From: Octopus bimaculoides
Taxonomy: Eukaryota
DNA: 64,000 nt
NCBI RefSeq assembly: GCF_001194135.2
Contig: NC_068981.1
Span: 38,838,196-38,902,195 of the forward strand
Reading direction: 5' to 3'
Positions 61,564 through 64,000 of this stretch are shown one piece after another (the stretch's first letter is position 1; every line of letters starts with the position of its first letter). The notes under the pieces were generated by a model, which saw nothing but the letters and a program-made list of their open reading frames with translations, had not been told where the DNA came from and made no database searches. The position numbers and the translations under genes are program-made.

Positions 61564-64000
61564 GTTTCTCTGCCCTAGGTGTACGGAAAACACTCGGCGA
61601 GAAATGGAAGAAAATTTGAAGACAGAAGAGTAAAAAAGAACAACATGATAATAATAATGCTTAATAATTCAATCTTCTACTGGTCTATTATGAATATGTG
61701 CTGAAGTGTAGATTTATTAAACCACCAGATAAAAATGCTTAATGACTTCTAGTTATAGTCTGGGTCCCAATGGCACAATAATTGATTTTACCTTTTACCT
61801 CTTCAGGGTCAGTAAAATAAGTATTAATTACGTTCATTAAATTGACAATATTATCTCTCTTTCTCTCTCTCTCTGCTTCCCTCTCTCTCTCCTTCTCCCT
61901 CTCTCTCCTTCTCCCTCTCTCTCCTTCTCTCTCTCTCTCTCTCCTTCCCCTCTCTCTCTCCCCTTCCCCTCTCTCTCCTTCCCCTCTCTCTCTCTCTCCT
62001 TCCCCTCTCTCTCTCTCCGTTCCCTCTCTCTCTCTCTCCTTCCCCTCTCTCTCTCCTTCCCCTCTCTCTCTCTTCTTCCCCCTCTCTCTCTCTCCTTCCC
62101 TCTCTCTCACATTTGCAACTTGATTTGTGATCTTGCACCAATGTTACAAGTAATACTTTCTACTGTTGTGGCTGTTGTTGTTGTTGTTGTCACTTCTACG
62201 AAGTATTTTATTTTTCTTAAAATATATAAGCTATGTTTCATTTTTTTTGTTTCTTTCTTTCTTTGCTCCCTTTAATTTTGAAAGAGGAAAGATATTCATA
62301 AGCTGAAAAATATGAATTAACATATTTCTTCAATATTTCTTCAGTTAGTTCCTCTTATAGGATACACATTTATGCAATCATTAGCAAGTTATATACTGAA
62401 CATTGATATTTCAGTCTGTCAGTCAGTTCATATTCATATTGCTATGTGTAAACATACATGTTAGTGAATCTACTTGGTTGTTGAAAATCTTATTAATATT
62501 TGATCTAGCTAATCCAATCAAATCATCTGTTAATCAAGCTAAGTGGCTTCATGGCCAGTTGCACATTTGATCATCATAGATGATTTGTGATCATCTTAAC
62601 AGCTTACATGCTTCAACGCTTCCTTGCCAAGCTTGTCTTTAATGCTCCGTCAACTTGATGGAGAAGGCATCTTAAAGGAAACTGATGTTTAATAACGTTA
62701 TGATTACAAACATTTAGCTGTATGGACAGAAAATGTGATGAAGTTTGTCAAGGCCTTCTTGAAATCTTCCACAATATAGTTTCATCTTAAATAGCGGCAT
62801 AATTTTGAAAATTATTTTAGCACTACATGATTTTAGAAATTTTAATTACCAATAATGCATGAAAACTAGGAAGTCACAATAAGAGACAATGTGTCAGATC
62901 TATCATCAATTATAGAAACATATTGATGTCACTATTCTGAAATCCTTTAAAAATATAAATATGTCCACATGCATATAAACATTATTAAACATTTTATAGT
63001 AGTAAAAACAAATTGGCATAAAATCTAATAAACTTCCAGATGAGAATCAAATCTTCAATCAAACCATCAACTAATGAGTTCCCTCTTGTGAAATCCTCTC
63101 TGTGGGTTTGTAATTATTTTCCCCCTCAAAGTGATTCTTATAACTGTATAGCATTTAACATTCTATTAACATTTTATATAAAAGTATTTTATAATACATT
63201 CATACACTTTATGGTTGAATTAACCACAAATTAACAGTATTAAATCAGCATAATTAACACACTAAATCCAGGTGGGATATCTTGTTTTTGGTAAACATGT
63301 CTTTCCATAGATATGTTATTGATGAATGACAGGAAAAAAATATGATAGTAATATCAAGTGGCAGTTCAATATCAAAAGGGATATAAATATATATGGAGAA
63401 TGTGATGTGTCCTTATTCATACTATAATGTGATAAGCTAAAGATATAATGTTCAATTCCTGTCAGTGGTTTTTTTGTTATTCTTAAATCTTAGATTGTTG
63501 TTTACAACTATAAAATATTGTGTGTGTATTTGCTTGTATGGGGAAAGTAATGCAAGCATGACTATAACACGTTTTTAGTTATATGCACATGATTTTTTAA
63601 TATTGTTTTTCAATTCAAAATGTATTTATACTGACTGATATTATGCCTATGTTTTGACTATTTCACCAGTTTTTGAAACATGTTATTAAATGCAAAAGGA
63701 TATTCACTCCATCATATCCTATCTCTATTTGGCTCTTTGTGTTTCAAATATATCCTGACTGTTGCTCGTGACTGGTGTTGTGTGTTATATTTTCCCCAGC
63801 TAATATTGATGAAAACTGATGTCTCATAACATCAAACATGACCAACAGTTACTATACATTATAAATTTAATGCATCAAATGTTTCTGTTATAGTTTTTTG
63901 TATATACATACATATATGTGTTGTGGTTTACATATATAAATATTAAACTATTGCTACACATTGTGGTAAAGTAGGTAGAGTCCATTATATGTGTATAAAT

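Noticed and set aside
62607-62670. 63-nt segment with good minus-strand splice sites
   Set aside because: All three frames contain stops. There is weak resemblance to a Tc1/mariner C-terminus, but too weak to call.

Overview
AT-rich, microsatellite-dense eukaryotic genomic DNA from a gapped short-read scaffold (N runs at 17961-18087, 39662-39673, 59371-59395, 60574-61311). The repeat repertoire (tRNA-derived SINEs with internal microsatellites, an RTE 3' module ending in (GAT)n, R4/Dong-like and Penelope-like elements) looks like Octopus, which is inference from sequence recognition, not a database result. Almost everything interpretable is transposon-derived: one young, nearly intact Penelope-like RT/GIY-YIG ORF (17548-19421, minus) fused to a telomere-like TTAGGG array; eight or nine R4/Dong-like REL-endonuclease fragments; many RTE LINE fragments, including a twin-priming-like inversion, copies with a PHD-type finger inside the RT, and a Rex3-like copy; L1/Tx1-like ORF1 remnants; two decayed Helitrons; an Hsmar1-like mariner end; a HERO-like end; and several SINE families. 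No complete host gene, tRNA, rRNA or CRISPR array is supportable. A few short splice-flanked open segments may be exons of a large-intron host gene, at low confidence. Most ORFs in the supplied track are microsatellite or N-run artefacts. I cannot claim a new biological system; the best leads are the Penelope/telomere-repeat junction, the RTE inversion and microsatellite-targeted R4 insertions.
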